This document shows positions 20,984-30,233 of a DNA stretch of 64,000 bases, in pieces. The stretch spans positions 558,001 to 622,000 of the forward strand of contig UYFQ01000023.1 in NCBI GenBank assembly GCA_900617105.1. The letters are read 5' to 3'. Position 1 is the stretch's first letter. Each line of letters opens with the position of its first letter. A program made the position numbers and the translations under genes. The notes under the pieces are model-generated. The model was not told the DNA's origin, did not search any database, and worked only from the letters and a program-made list of their open reading frames with translations. Origin of the DNA: Hydrurus foetidus. Taxonomy: Eukaryota.

Positions 20984-21981
20984 CAGAGGCGACCTATCTT
21001 GTCTTGATGCGCCGCAATCCAGCCCTGCAAGGAAGGCACATCCATCCACACAGTGTTGCTGTCACTGGCATAGGTAAAACCTTCGGGCACACGCTGGCCG
21101 TCCTTGATGCGCTTGAAGTCCTCGTGCCAGCTGTGGATGGCGGGCAAAATCTTGAAATGCTCAGGGTATTCGTAGGTGTAGTGGGCGTCTTCAGAACTGA
21201 TCATCTGCTCATGCAATTTCTCACCAGGGCGGATACCCACGACAGCGTGCCGCGCATCGGGATCAATCGCGAGCGCGATATCGGTCACCTTCATGGAAGG
21301 TATCTTTTTAACGTAAATTTCCCCGCCCTCCATGTCCTCAAACGCATGCCAGACCAGCTCCACACCCTGCTCTAGCGTGATCATGAAGCGCGTCATCCGC
21401 TCATCGGTGATGGGTAACGTCCCCTGGCCCTTTTGCGTGAGAAAGAAGGGGATCACCGATCCCCGCGAGCCCATGACATTACCGTAGCGCACAACAGAGA
21501 ACTTGCAGCCATCCACCCCGGCATAAGAGTTACCGGCCACGAACAGCTTGTCTGAAACGAGTTTGGTGGCACCGTACAGGTTGACCGGGCTGCTGGCCTT
21601 GTCAGTAGAGAGGGCCACGACACCCTTGACTCTCTTATCAATGCAAGCATCAATCAGGTTCATTGCCCCCGTCACGTTGGTCTTCACGCACTCGAAGGGG
21701 TTGTATTCAGCCGTGGGCACGATCTTGGTGGCAGCGGCATGCACCACATAGTCCACACCATCGAGCGCACGGTACATGCGCTCACGGTCACGCACGTCAC
21801 CGATGAAAAACCGCACCCGCTCGTCACCTTGGAACAGCTTGGCCATCTCCCACTGCTTCATCTCGTCACGCGAGTAAATGATGAGCTTGCGCGGGTTGAA
21901 GCGCGCCAGCGTCATGGGCACAAAGGTGTGCCCGAAAGAGCCAGTACCACCAGTAATCAGGACTGTAGAGTTATTGAACAT
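20983..21981 (-). CDS. pseB: UDP-GlcNAc 4,6-dehydratase (inverting) PseB
   Basis: LITGGTGSFG, YSRDEMKQ, YNPFECVKTN, VRYGNVMGSRGSV. Confidence 0.94.
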   Translation of the reverse strand: MFNNSTVLITGGTGSFGHTFVPMTLARFNPRKLIIYSRDEMKQWEMAKLFQGDERVRFFIGDVRDRERMYRALDGVDYVVHAAATKIVPTAEYNPFECVKTNVTGAMNLIDACIDKRVKGVVALSTDKASSPVNLYGATKLVSDKLFVAGNSYAGVDGCKFSVVRYGNVMGSRGSVIPFFLTQKGQGTLPITDERMTRFMITLEQGVELVWHAFEDMEGGEIYVKKIPSMKVTDIALAIDPDARHAVVGIRPGEKLHEQMISSEDAHYTYEYPEHFKILPAIHSWHEDFKRIKDGQRVPEGFTYASDSNTVWMDVPSLQGWIAAHQDKIGRL

Positions 21982-22021
21982 GGGTTGTGTCGATGAAAAC
22001 TTGGGTAAATCAGGTGCGAGA

Positions 22022-24064
22022 TCAGATACTGAGTTCGTGGCGATTCCAGCCTTCGTCGTACCACCACACCCTGGGGTCGCGGAAGGTGTCAGCGATGGCG
22101 TCAAACTCCTGCTCAGTCATCCCCACGTAAGCCAACCAGCGCTGGATGTCGGCGGGTTTGACCGGGTCGTACTGGTGCACCAGCGCGATGCCTTGCTCAC
22201 GGGACATCACGCCACTGCGGATGTCCTTGGAGGTGTGGTCTGTACAGCGTCCATAGCCAAACTTCACGAACTTCAGGTAGTCATGGGCACCGTTTTCATG
22301 CATATCGTCCAGGTTAGAAGCCCGCCGGTAGGTACGCTCAAAGGGGGTATCTCCCAGCTCAAAACCATACAGCGAGCTGGCGAGCTGGCTGTTGGCATTG
22401 CCATCCCATGGCACAAAGTTGGACAGGTAAATGCCCTTGAGGTCTAAGTCAAACAGTTCTTGATCGCTGGGGTACTGGTAGGCCACCATGTCAATCGGCT
22501 TGATGCCTTCGTGGCCCACCATGTAGTTCCACTCGTAACCGCGCCCAAAGTGCTCAAGTCGGTTGCGGTAAGACCACTCCACGAAATCATTCATCGAAAA
22601 TTGACCGCAAAGATCGGCATAACCGTGCTCACCCCAAATCACCAGCGGAATCTTGTGCAAAGCGGCGATCTTCATGGGGATGGTGGAAATACCCATATGG
22701 CCGTGCCAGTTCATGTCACCCATGATCTTGAAGCCGAGTCGGTTCAGTTTTTTGAGCAAACCGACACCCGGCTTGTAAATGATGTGATCGACATCAAACA
22801 CCTCGGCCATCCGCTGCAGGTTGCGCTCGCCTTCGGCGGTGTAGTTGTTCCCATAGTAAGTCACCAGCAGCGGGTTGAAACCCAGCACATTTTTGACGTA
22901 ATGGGTCTGGAAATAGCTGTCCTTGCCACCCGAAACACCGATCACGCAATCGTGGCGGCTGCCATCTTTCGAGCGCGCTTGTTCCAGAATGCTTTTCAAA
23001 ATACCTTGGCGTCGCACCCACTCCGAATCAGGAAAATCCTTCTTCAAATTGGCAATCTGGCACCCCATGCACAGACCGTGGGCATCGTATTCCATCGGTG
23101 TCGCGCTCAAAGAAGGGTACAGACACTGGGTACACCAGGTCATTTTGCGCTCGCGGTGATCCCTTGCCGCTGTGAACCTCTGCTGCTTCGCGTTGTCCAT
23201 GCGCAGCTGCAGCTTGGTTTTTTCATCGTCCAAGTTGTAGCGCGGCTCGCGCGCAAACCACTTGTTCGCCAAGCTGATTGGGCGCATGGGGATACCTGCG
23301 GCAATGCAAGTTCGCTTGGCATGTGGGTAAGCCAGTTCGTAAAAATTGAAAATATTGGCGGCAGCTACCGCACTGGCCCCCCCCTGGCTTATGCCGGGTG
23401 AGAAATCGTCATAGCTACCCACACCACCGCAGGCAATGACAGGAATGGACACCGCTGAAGACACCAAATCGACCAGGGCCAGGTCGTACCCGGTGCCACT
23501 GCCATCCCGGTCAATCGAATTGATCAAAATCTCACCTGCACCCAAGCGTTCGCACTCCCGTGCCCAGGCCGCAGGCTCCAGACCGGTGGGTGTCTTCCCG
23601 CCGTCGATGTAAACCTCCAGCCGGCCGTCCTTGCTCCGCAGTGCGTCAATGCTGACCACAATGGCCTGAGCACCAAAAGCCTGAGAGGCCTGGGCCACGA
23701 GATCCGGGTTGCGAACCGCCTCAGAATTGAGCACGCATTTGTCTGCACCTCGGGCAAAACGCTCGCGCATGCCGTCGATATCGCGTATGCGCCCCCCTAC
23801 GGCCAAGGGCATGAAGCACAGTTTGGCAATTTCAGGCAACAAACCCAGCAAAGTCATGTTGTTGTACTGCACCTGCAAATCGTCACGGCGCAGGTCATGG
23901 CGGTCTTCGGTTGAAATGTCCAGCAAGATCAGTTCATCCACATTCCAATTGGACAAGCGCCGCACCGTGTGCATTGGGTTGCCAATGCTTTGGTGGACGG
24001 TGAACAGTTGGCTTCGGACAATCAAGCCGTTCTTGAGCAAGATGACAGGAATCAGTCGTTTCAT
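22022..24064 (-). CDS. Fusion of HisF-like (WbuZ) cyclase and N-acetyl sugar amidotransferase (PseA/WbuX)
   Basis: N-terminal KRLIPVILL, SIDRDGSGTGYD, ACGGVG; C-terminal CxxC pairs, SGGKDS PP-loop, KFGYGR. Confidence 0.88.
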   Translation of the reverse strand: MKRLIPVILLKNGLIVRSQLFTVHQSIGNPMHTVRRLSNWNVDELILLDISTEDRHDLRRDDLQVQYNNMTLLGLLPEIAKLCFMPLAVGGRIRDIDGMRERFARGADKCVLNSEAVRNPDLVAQASQAFGAQAIVVSIDALRSKDGRLEVYIDGGKTPTGLEPAAWARECERLGAGEILINSIDRDGSGTGYDLALVDLVSSAVSIPVIACGGVGSYDDFSPGISQGGASAVAAANIFNFYELAYPHAKRTCIAAGIPMRPISLANKWFAREPRYNLDDEKTKLQLRMDNAKQQRFTAARDHRERKMTWCTQCLYPSLSATPMEYDAHGLCMGCQIANLKKDFPDSEWVRRQGILKSILEQARSKDGSRHDCVIGVSGGKDSYFQTHYVKNVLGFNPLLVTYYGNNYTAEGERNLQRMAEVFDVDHIIYKPGVGLLKKLNRLGFKIMGDMNWHGHMGISTIPMKIAALHKIPLVIWGEHGYADLCGQFSMNDFVEWSYRNRLEHFGRGYEWNYMVGHEGIKPIDMVAYQYPSDQELFDLDLKGIYLSNFVPWDGNANSQLASSLYGFELGDTPFERTYRRASNLDDMHENGAHDYLKFVKFGYGRCTDHTSKDIRSGVMSREQGIALVHQYDPVKPADIQRWLAYVGMTEQEFDAIADTFRDPRVWWYDEGWNRHELSI

Positions 24065-24079
24065 GGTTGGAAGAAGAGT

Positions 24080-24730
24080 TCAGCGCAAGCCATGGACTAA
24101 GGCATGAAGCAGATCCAGCCCGGCTTCCTGGCTTTTTTCTGGGTGAAACTGGGTTCCCACAGTCAAGTCTTTTTGCACGATGCTGGCAATTCGCACAGGC
24201 CCGAACTGCGATGTGCCTGTGGTGTGGCTGGGATCGGTGGTTTGGAAATGGTAGCTGTGGACATGGTAATAGCTGCGTCCATGCAAAAAACCGGGCAACA
24301 ACGCAGAGGCCCCTTTAGTCAAACTGACGTCTCGCCAGCCCACGTTGGGCACCCGGTAGTCAGGCAATGACTCTTCAAGGCGGCGCACCTTGCCAGGAAT
24401 GAGTCCCAAGCCAGCATGCTCACCGTGCTCCTCACTGCTGTCTGCCAGCAATTGCATGCCCAAGCACAGACCCACCACAGGGCGTTTGCAAACCTGGACA
24501 TGATATCGAATGGCCTCAGCCATACCGCTGCTGTGCAAACGCGCCGCAGCAGCACCAAAAGAGCCAACACCCGGCAACACCAGCAGATCAGCGTTGGCAA
24601 TGCCAGCGGCTTCACGCACCACGTTAACCTGCGCCCCCACCACCCGCAGCGCATTTTCGACTGAAAAGATGTTTTGAATCTGAAGGTCAACGATGGTGAC
24701 CACACGCTGGTGGGTGTGAGATTCATTCAT
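24080..24730 (-). CDS. HisH-like glutamine amidotransferase subunit (WbuY-like)
   Basis: LPGVGSF, GLCLGMQLL, YHVHSYH, QFHPEKSQ. Confidence 0.9.
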   Translation of the reverse strand: MNESHTHQRVVTIVDLQIQNIFSVENALRVVGAQVNVVREAAGIANADLLVLPGVGSFGAAAARLHSSGMAEAIRYHVQVCKRPVVGLCLGMQLLADSSEEHGEHAGLGLIPGKVRRLEESLPDYRVPNVGWRDVSLTKGASALLPGFLHGRSYYHVHSYHFQTTDPSHTTGTSQFGPVRIASIVQKDLTVGTQFHPEKSQEAGLDLLHALVHGLR

Positions 24731-25742
24731 GGGCAGCCACTTGTTTGCGGGCCACAACCCAGAGGTTGGACGACAGGCCACGAGCGACCAGGAATTCCTG
24801 AAAAGCCTGACCGTGCTGGTGCCACTCGTCAATCAGCACTTTTTGCAAAAAGGATTGCCCCGCCAGCGAAAATGCACCTTCAAGCACCTTATTGCGCACC
24901 AGCTCTGCATCGAGTTTGCCCGGCGTGAAACTCTCCAGCACGTCCAGACCGTGGCGGGCAAGCAAACCCGTCAGTGAGGCAGGGTTGAAATAGTTCAGGT
25001 GCTCGTGATCGACCGTGGTGCTGACGGGGCCAAGGGTTTCGACATCAAAGCCCTGCCCGTTCGGACACGTGAGCATCAGCAGGCCACCAGGACGCAGCAA
25101 ACGAACCATGTGCGCCAAGAACTCCGCCGGATTGAACAAATGCTCTATCACCTCAAAACTGGCCACCACATCGAACTGGCCAACCTGAGATACCTGCACC
25201 TGTTCAATGGGGCATTCGATGGTCTCTACACCTCGCTCTCGACAGGTATTGGCCAAATCCGGGGTAGGTTCGACGCCAACCACACGCTGAAACATACCGC
25301 GTGTATTCAGCTCAGTACAGAAAGTCCCGAAACCAGCCCCCACTTCGAGCAGGGCATCGGTTTGCACCCCATACCGCGCGCAGATATCGAGCAGGCGGTC
25401 CACGCGTGGCACAAAGATGTGCGCACGGCGCGCGGCCTCTGAGGCGGGAAAGATGTGTTTGTTCCAGTAGGCATAGTTGGGCGAGTCGCGGTAAAACCAC
25501 TCCAGCACCGCGGGTGGTGGACGCGGACTGACATACAGCGTGCGGCACTGTGGGCAGGTCACGTACTGCATGCCGTTCTTGGTGTAGCTTGGCTGAGAAT
25601 CCGGGTGCCCGCAGGCGGGGCAATCCACGTCGACAAACTCGCCGCAGCGCGACAGCATGCGCCCCAGGTCGGTCAGCGCGGCTGTTTTTTGGCCCGCCAT
25701 CAGTTGCTGTGGGCGGATATCTTCTTCGGTGAGTTTTTTCAA
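24723..25742 (-). CDS. Class I SAM-dependent methyltransferase with N-terminal Zn ribbon
   Basis: CPAC...CPQC, LLEVGAGFG, FEVIEHL; TTG start. Confidence 0.85.
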   Translation of the reverse strand: MKKLTEEDIRPQQLMAGQKTAALTDLGRMLSRCGEFVDVDCPACGHPDSQPSYTKNGMQYVTCPQCRTLYVSPRPPPAVLEWFYRDSPNYAYWNKHIFPASEAARRAHIFVPRVDRLLDICARYGVQTDALLEVGAGFGTFCTELNTRGMFQRVVGVEPTPDLANTCRERGVETIECPIEQVQVSQVGQFDVVASFEVIEHLFNPAEFLAHMVRLLRPGGLLMLTCPNGQGFDVETLGPVSTTVDHEHLNYFNPASLTGLLARHGLDVLESFTPGKLDAELVRNKVLEGAFSLAGQSFLQKVLIDEWHQHGQAFQEFLVARGLSSNLWVVARKQVAAHE

Positions 25743-27031
25743 GGTGTCCTCTTATCGCTCAACAACACATCATTCAATAACGCCATCACTTCGGCGGCCA
25801 CGCGCCCGGCTGCAGGGCCTGCGGGTATCTTCATGGTTTGCACGGTCTGCGCATGGGTAGGGCGACTCAGGGCAGGCACCAGGGCATCGAGCGAGGGAAT
25901 TTCCTCGCTAAGGCCCAAACTAGAAAGATCAAAATCAACGTTGCGAACCCATTCTGAAAATCCCAAATGCAGTACACGCTTACCGAGAAGCGCCGCCTGT
26001 AAACCCACAGTACTGACTTGGTGGATGACCACATCGCAAGCATTCAAAAGGGTCGCAATTGGCTCAGAACCAGGGTCACTGACATGCACGCCCACTTCAG
26101 GGTTTTGCAGGGGAAACTGGTGGTATTGGCTGGGGTGATAGCGTACCACCAGCGCCACGTCCGATCGGGTTCTTACCCACTGGCGCAGGCGTTCTTCAAC
26201 AGCGATACCCAAGGTAGCCCCCGCCAGCTCGGCCCCATCAGGTTCAAGAATGCCCGCCCACAGCACCACGCACCGCGAGCCCCACCCCAACCGGCTGCGC
26301 AATGCAGCCCCGGCGCGCACAACCACCGGGTCGAACAGCTCATCAAAATCGGGTGAACCCGTGACTACCACCTGTGCAGCGCCCAGACCGGCCGCTAAAA
26401 AACAGGTTTTGACTTCTTCAGACACCACGGTAATGCGGTCTGCCTGTAGAGGACGGCGCAAAAACGGATCGGACGGCGGGGCAAAGAGGTCAACCATGGT
26501 GAGGGTGGGCAGACCCCGCGCAAGGGCGGCCCGAATGCAAGCTTCTTCCGAGCGCGGTGTACTTGTGGCCACGACAACGCCAGGCTGCAAAGCATCCAGC
26601 ACCTGGCCCATGAAGCGGACGGGCAGAAAACCGCGCCGTCCCTGCTCGGCATAGCGTTGCTGTGCCCCATCTTCACCCCATTCATCCACCCATTCTTGGA
26701 AATTAATGCCCAGATAGCAGCAGGTTTCATGCGCATCCACATCAGGGTGGGTGTTGCCCGCCAAAAGCGCGTGCCCCCGCGCCAGCACCGCCGCTGCCCG
26801 ATCGCCAGTGAGTCCCAAAAAGTCCCGATAGCCCACAGGCTTAAGCCCCAATTGAAGCGCTTTTGAGTAGCCAATCGTCAGTGCCATCACCATGCACTCT
26901 ATGCCCTGGCTTTCCAGCTCACGTACCACGGGTGCAACCTTGGCAATGTGGCCTGCGCCGTAGGTAATGAACAACGCGCGGCGACGCATATCCGGTTCGC
27001 GGAACGCGGGCAGCGCGGGCACGCTCAGCAT
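25739..27031 (-). CDS. GT-B-like putative glycosyltransferase
   Basis: YGAGH motif, VTGSPDFD, VRYHP, STVGLQAALLGK. Confidence 0.65.
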   Translation of the reverse strand: MLSVPALPAFREPDMRRRALFITYGAGHIAKVAPVVRELESQGIECMVMALTIGYSKALQLGLKPVGYRDFLGLTGDRAAAVLARGHALLAGNTHPDVDAHETCCYLGINFQEWVDEWGEDGAQQRYAEQGRRGFLPVRFMGQVLDALQPGVVVATSTPRSEEACIRAALARGLPTLTMVDLFAPPSDPFLRRPLQADRITVVSEEVKTCFLAAGLGAAQVVVTGSPDFDELFDPVVVRAGAALRSRLGWGSRCVVLWAGILEPDGAELAGATLGIAVEERLRQWVRTRSDVALVVRYHPSQYHQFPLQNPEVGVHVSDPGSEPIATLLNACDVVIHQVSTVGLQAALLGKRVLHLGFSEWVRNVDFDLSSLGLSEEIPSLDALVPALSRPTHAQTVQTMKIPAGPAAGRVAAEVMALLNDVLLSDKRTP

Positions 27032-28824
27032 GCTTGCGCCCACAACGCCAGCGCCGCCAGCGCCCGCAACTCGCGGGTGAAGTTGACGCTGCCTGCACGG
27101 TGTTTTTCAAGCATTGAATTGACCTCTTCAGCACGACATATATGCTGGATAAGCTCACTTTTTTGCAGCAAATCACACAACCACGGGTAACGCTCGCCCC
27201 GGAACCAATCACCCACGGGGACGGTGAACATTTGCTTTTTGCGGTAGGCCAGATCGCGGCCAATCAGCGGGGTCACGGCTTGCTTGAACCAGTGCTTTTT
27301 ATCCGCCCCGTTTTCACCTTGGTGCAGTTTGGTGTTGCCCTTGGAGCGGAAGGCCAGTTCCATCACCCGGTGATCGAGGAAGGGCGTGCGGGCTTCGATG
27401 CTCACCGCCATGCCCATGCGGTCAGGCTTGACGAGGTTGTTGCCGCACAGCAGCAGTTGCATGTCGAGGTAAAGCGCTTGGTTGATGCGGTCAAAGTGCT
27501 GGGCTTCGTCGAATTGGGCTTGAGCGACGGTGCTGAAGCTGTCGATGCCGTCCGTGTGCGAGCGCATGGCGGGGCTGTACAGGGCCAGCTTGGCTTGCGG
27601 GGAAAACAGCGAGATCGAATCGACATAGCTGCGCTGGAAATCCGCGTTCGATGCACTCAGCGCATCCGGGCGGGCGAAGAAGCTGGCGTGCTTGTCGTAG
27701 CCGGCGAACAGCTCGTCGCCACCGTCGCCCGTCAGCACCACTTTGACGTGTTTTGCGGCCAGCTCGCTCACGCGCAGCATGGGCATGAAGGAGGCATCGC
27801 CGTGGGGCTGGTCGAGGTGGTGCAGCACGTGGGGCCAGCGGTTCAGCATGTTCAGCTCAGCCACTTCCACCGTGTGGTCGCAGCCGAAACGCTCAGCCGC
27901 TTGCTGGGCGTAGGCGGATTCGTCGTAACGGGGGTCTTCAAAGCCGATGCAGAAGGTTTTGACGGGATGATGGACATGCCTTGCCATCAGGCCGACGACG
28001 CTGCTGGAATCCACACCGCCGGAGAGGAACGCGCCGAACGGCACATCGGCACGCAGGCGGATGCGGGTGGCATCGTCGAGCAGGGTGAGGAATTCGTCAG
28101 CCCAATCCTCGTAACGGTACGCTTGCTCGCGCTGGTCTGCGAGGCACCACCAGCGCTGGGTCTGCACTGCCGCGCCTCGGGTGAATTTGACCCAGGTGCC
28201 GGGCATGACGTGGTGGATGCCTTGGTAAATCGTCCACGGCGCGGGGATGTAGTTGAAGCTCAGGTAGTGGTGAATAGCTTCAAAATTGATAGCTGGTACA
28301 ACATTTCCCACTTGCTGTACTGGCAATATGGCCTTGATTTCAGAGGCAAACAACACCTGCTGGCCGTCGTCACGCACGTAGAGCGGCTTCTCGCCGATGC
28401 GGTCACGGATGAGGATGAGCGCGTCTTCGCGTGCATCGTCGATGGCGATGGCGAACATGCCGTTGAGTTTGCTGACGAACGCCATGCCTTCGCGCTCGTA
28501 GAGCCGCAAAATCACCTCGGTGTCGGACGCGGTTTTGAGCTGAACGCCCTGCGCACGCAGCTCGGCGGCGAGTTCGATGTGGTTGAAAATTTCACCGTTT
28601 TGCACCACGGCAATCTGACCGTCGTCGCTGACAAAAGGCTGGTGGCCGCCGCCCACATCGATGATGGCGAGACGCCGGTTGCCAATGGCCACGCCACGCT
28701 CGCGCTGGTGGTGGATGCCTTCGTCGTCCGGGCCACGGTGGACGAGCTGGCGGGCCATCTCGCTCAAGTGCGCGTCAGGCAGGGGTTCTCTGTTGCGGTG
28801 CCAGTAGCCAAAAATGCCGCACAT
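27025..28824 (-). CDS. asnB: Asparagine synthase (glutamine-hydrolysing) family amidotransferase
   Basis: MCGIFG N-terminal Cys, [27 protein letters not shown]. Confidence 0.92.
   Translation of the reverse strand: MCGIFGYWHRNREPLPDAHLSEMARQLVHRGPDDEGIHHQRERGVAIGNRRLAIIDVGGGHQPFVSDDGQIAVVQNGEIFNHIELAAELRAQGVQLKTASDTEVILRLYEREGMAFVSKLNGMFAIAIDDAREDALILIRDRIGEKPLYVRDDGQQVLFASEIKAILPVQQVGNVVPAINFEAIHHYLSFNYIPAPWTIYQGIHHVMPGTWVKFTRGAAVQTQRWWCLADQREQAYRYEDWADEFLTLLDDATRIRLRADVPFGAFLSGGVDSSSVVGLMARHVHHPVKTFCIGFEDPRYDESAYAQQAAERFGCDHTVEVAELNMLNRWPHVLHHLDQPHGDASFMPMLRVSELAAKHVKVVLTGDGGDELFAGYDKHASFFARPDALSASNADFQRSYVDSISLFSPQAKLALYSPAMRSHTDGIDSFSTVAQAQFDEAQHFDRINQALYLDMQLLLCGNNLVKPDRMGMAVSIEARTPFLDHRVMELAFRSKGNTKLHQGENGADKKHWFKQAVTPLIGRDLAYRKKQMFTVPVGDWFRGERYPWLCDLLQKSELIQHICRAEEVNSMLEKHRAGSVNFTRELRALAALALWAQAC
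28276..28337 (+). repeat. GCTAT-N7-ATAGC element in frame inside asnB (antisense to gene)
   Basis: Core gcttcaaaattgatagc at 28277-28293; AT-rich patch encoding [20 protein letters not shown]. Confidence 0.65.
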
Positions 28825-28826
28825 GG

Positions 28827-29411
28827 TCAGTTCCCCCCCCGTCCGGTGAGGCGCGAAAGCGTCCACAGCATGATGCGCAAGTCGAACAGCAGCGAGGCTT
28901 CGCGGGTGTACTGCAAATCCAGCGCCAAGCGTTGTGCCTGGGTGCCTTCGGAGCGGATTTGGGCCTGCGCCAAGCCGGTGATGCCGGGCCGCACGCTGCA
29001 CCGCTGCGCCCAATCGGCATCGCTGTACAGACTGCGTTGCACGGGCACATCGGGGCGCGGGCCCACCAAGCTCATGTCGCCTTTCAACACGTTGAGGAGC
29101 TGCGGCAATTCGTCCAGGCTGGTGCGGCGGATGAAGCGGCCCACGCGGGTGATGCGGGGGTCGTTGGTGGACGTGAAGTAAGGGCCGGTGGCGGCTGCGT
29201 TGCGCGTCATGCTGCGGAATTTGAACATGGCAAATTCACGTCCGTGCAGGCCAAGCCGGGTTTGGTGGAACAGCACGGGCAGGCCGCTTTCCAGGGCGAC
29301 GGCGAGCGCGGTCAGCAGCAGCACGGGGCTTAAGGTCAGCAAAGCCAACAGCGACAGCAGCACGTCCATCGCTCGTTTGGCTGAATGACGGGGAAGCACG
29401 GTCACGGTCAT
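28827..29411 (-). CDS. Initiating sugar phosphotransferase (PglC-like)
   Basis: [43 protein letters not shown]. Confidence 0.92.
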   Translation of the reverse strand: MTVTVLPRHSAKRAMDVLLSLLALLTLSPVLLLTALAVALESGLPVLFHQTRLGLHGREFAMFKFRSMTRNAAATGPYFTSTNDPRITRVGRFIRRTSLDELPQLLNVLKGDMSLVGPRPDVPVQRSLYSDADWAQRCSVRPGITGLAQAQIRSEGTQAQRLALDLQYTREASLLFDLRIMLWTLSRLTGRGGN

Positions 29412-30226
29412 GCCCGCTTGGGGGCCAAGCCCAGGGCGATCGCGGTGATGCAAGCGGCGATGCGTACCCGGTCCGCTTCAATTTGAGCCGCTGTGCGAAG
29501 CGCCAGTTGCGCCTCGGCAGTGCGCAGGGCCAGCACCTCGTCTTCAAACGATGTGACAGCATCGCTGCGGTGGAAGGTGCGCGACAAGATCACCGCTTGC
29601 GAGCCTAGCCGCAGGTGTTCGGCCAGCACGTCGCGGCCCGGCAGCAGGCCTTCGTCCAAACGGGCAATGCCACCGAAACCAAAGCGCAGGCCGTGGCGGT
29701 GGGTGGCTGCAGCCACGCGGTCAACCGTGCCATTGGCGAGCGGCTCGAACATGAAGCGCAGGCCCAACGAGAGGTGCAAATCGTTCAGGCCAACGAACAC
29801 CTCAGCGAGGCCGGGGGTGGTGATCCAGTCGTCCAGCGCGTTCAGCGCACCCGCTGTTTCCAGCAGGGCGACGATGGGGCAACGGCCTGCGACGATGGCG
29901 GCGAAATCGCGCAATTCCGCCGCGCTGGTGAACATGGGGAGCATCAGGCAGTCGGTGGCGGTTAAGCCCTGTGCGAACACGGCATCTACTTCGTTTTGTG
30001 TAGCAGGGTGTACAGGGTTGACGCGCACCATCAGCCGGCTGTGGGTTAATTGCGCCTTGACGCGGCCCACGTCGCTGATGTGATGGGTGCTGATGAAGGT
30101 GTTGCGGCCCGCTTGGCGCTCGGCTTTGCCCAGGCGCTCTAAATCGACAAACAAGCGCATCCCGTCTAGCGCGTCGCAGCGAAGGGCAAAAGACGGGTCA
30201 GGGGTGATTTGGAGCAGGTCAAGCAT
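29408..30226 (-). CDS. HpcH/HpaI aldolase/citrate lyase family protein
   Basis: RLFVDLERLGKAERQ, LLET, VGLNDLHLS, FGFGGIAR. Confidence 0.85.
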   Translation of the reverse strand: MLDLLQITPDPSFALRCDALDGMRLFVDLERLGKAERQAGRNTFISTHHISDVGRVKAQLTHSRLMVRVNPVHPATQNEVDAVFAQGLTATDCLMLPMFTSAAELRDFAAIVAGRCPIVALLETAGALNALDDWITTPGLAEVFVGLNDLHLSLGLRFMFEPLANGTVDRVAAATHRHGLRFGFGGIARLDEGLLPGRDVLAEHLRLGSQAVILSRTFHRSDAVTSFEDEVLALRTAEAQLALRTAAQIEADRVRIAACITAIALGLAPKRA

Positions 30227-30233
30227 GGGGAAA

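Noticed and set aside
22022..24730. Histidine biosynthesis genes
   Set aside because: The context and the fusion to a sugar amidotransferase indicate glycan-modifying paralogues.
27142..29181. 679-aa plus-strand ORF and other long antisense ORFs (e.g. 4632-5720, 22460-23401, 35319-36428, 62904-63980)
   Set aside because: They are shadows of well-supported minus-strand genes in GC-rich DNA and show no recognisable motifs.
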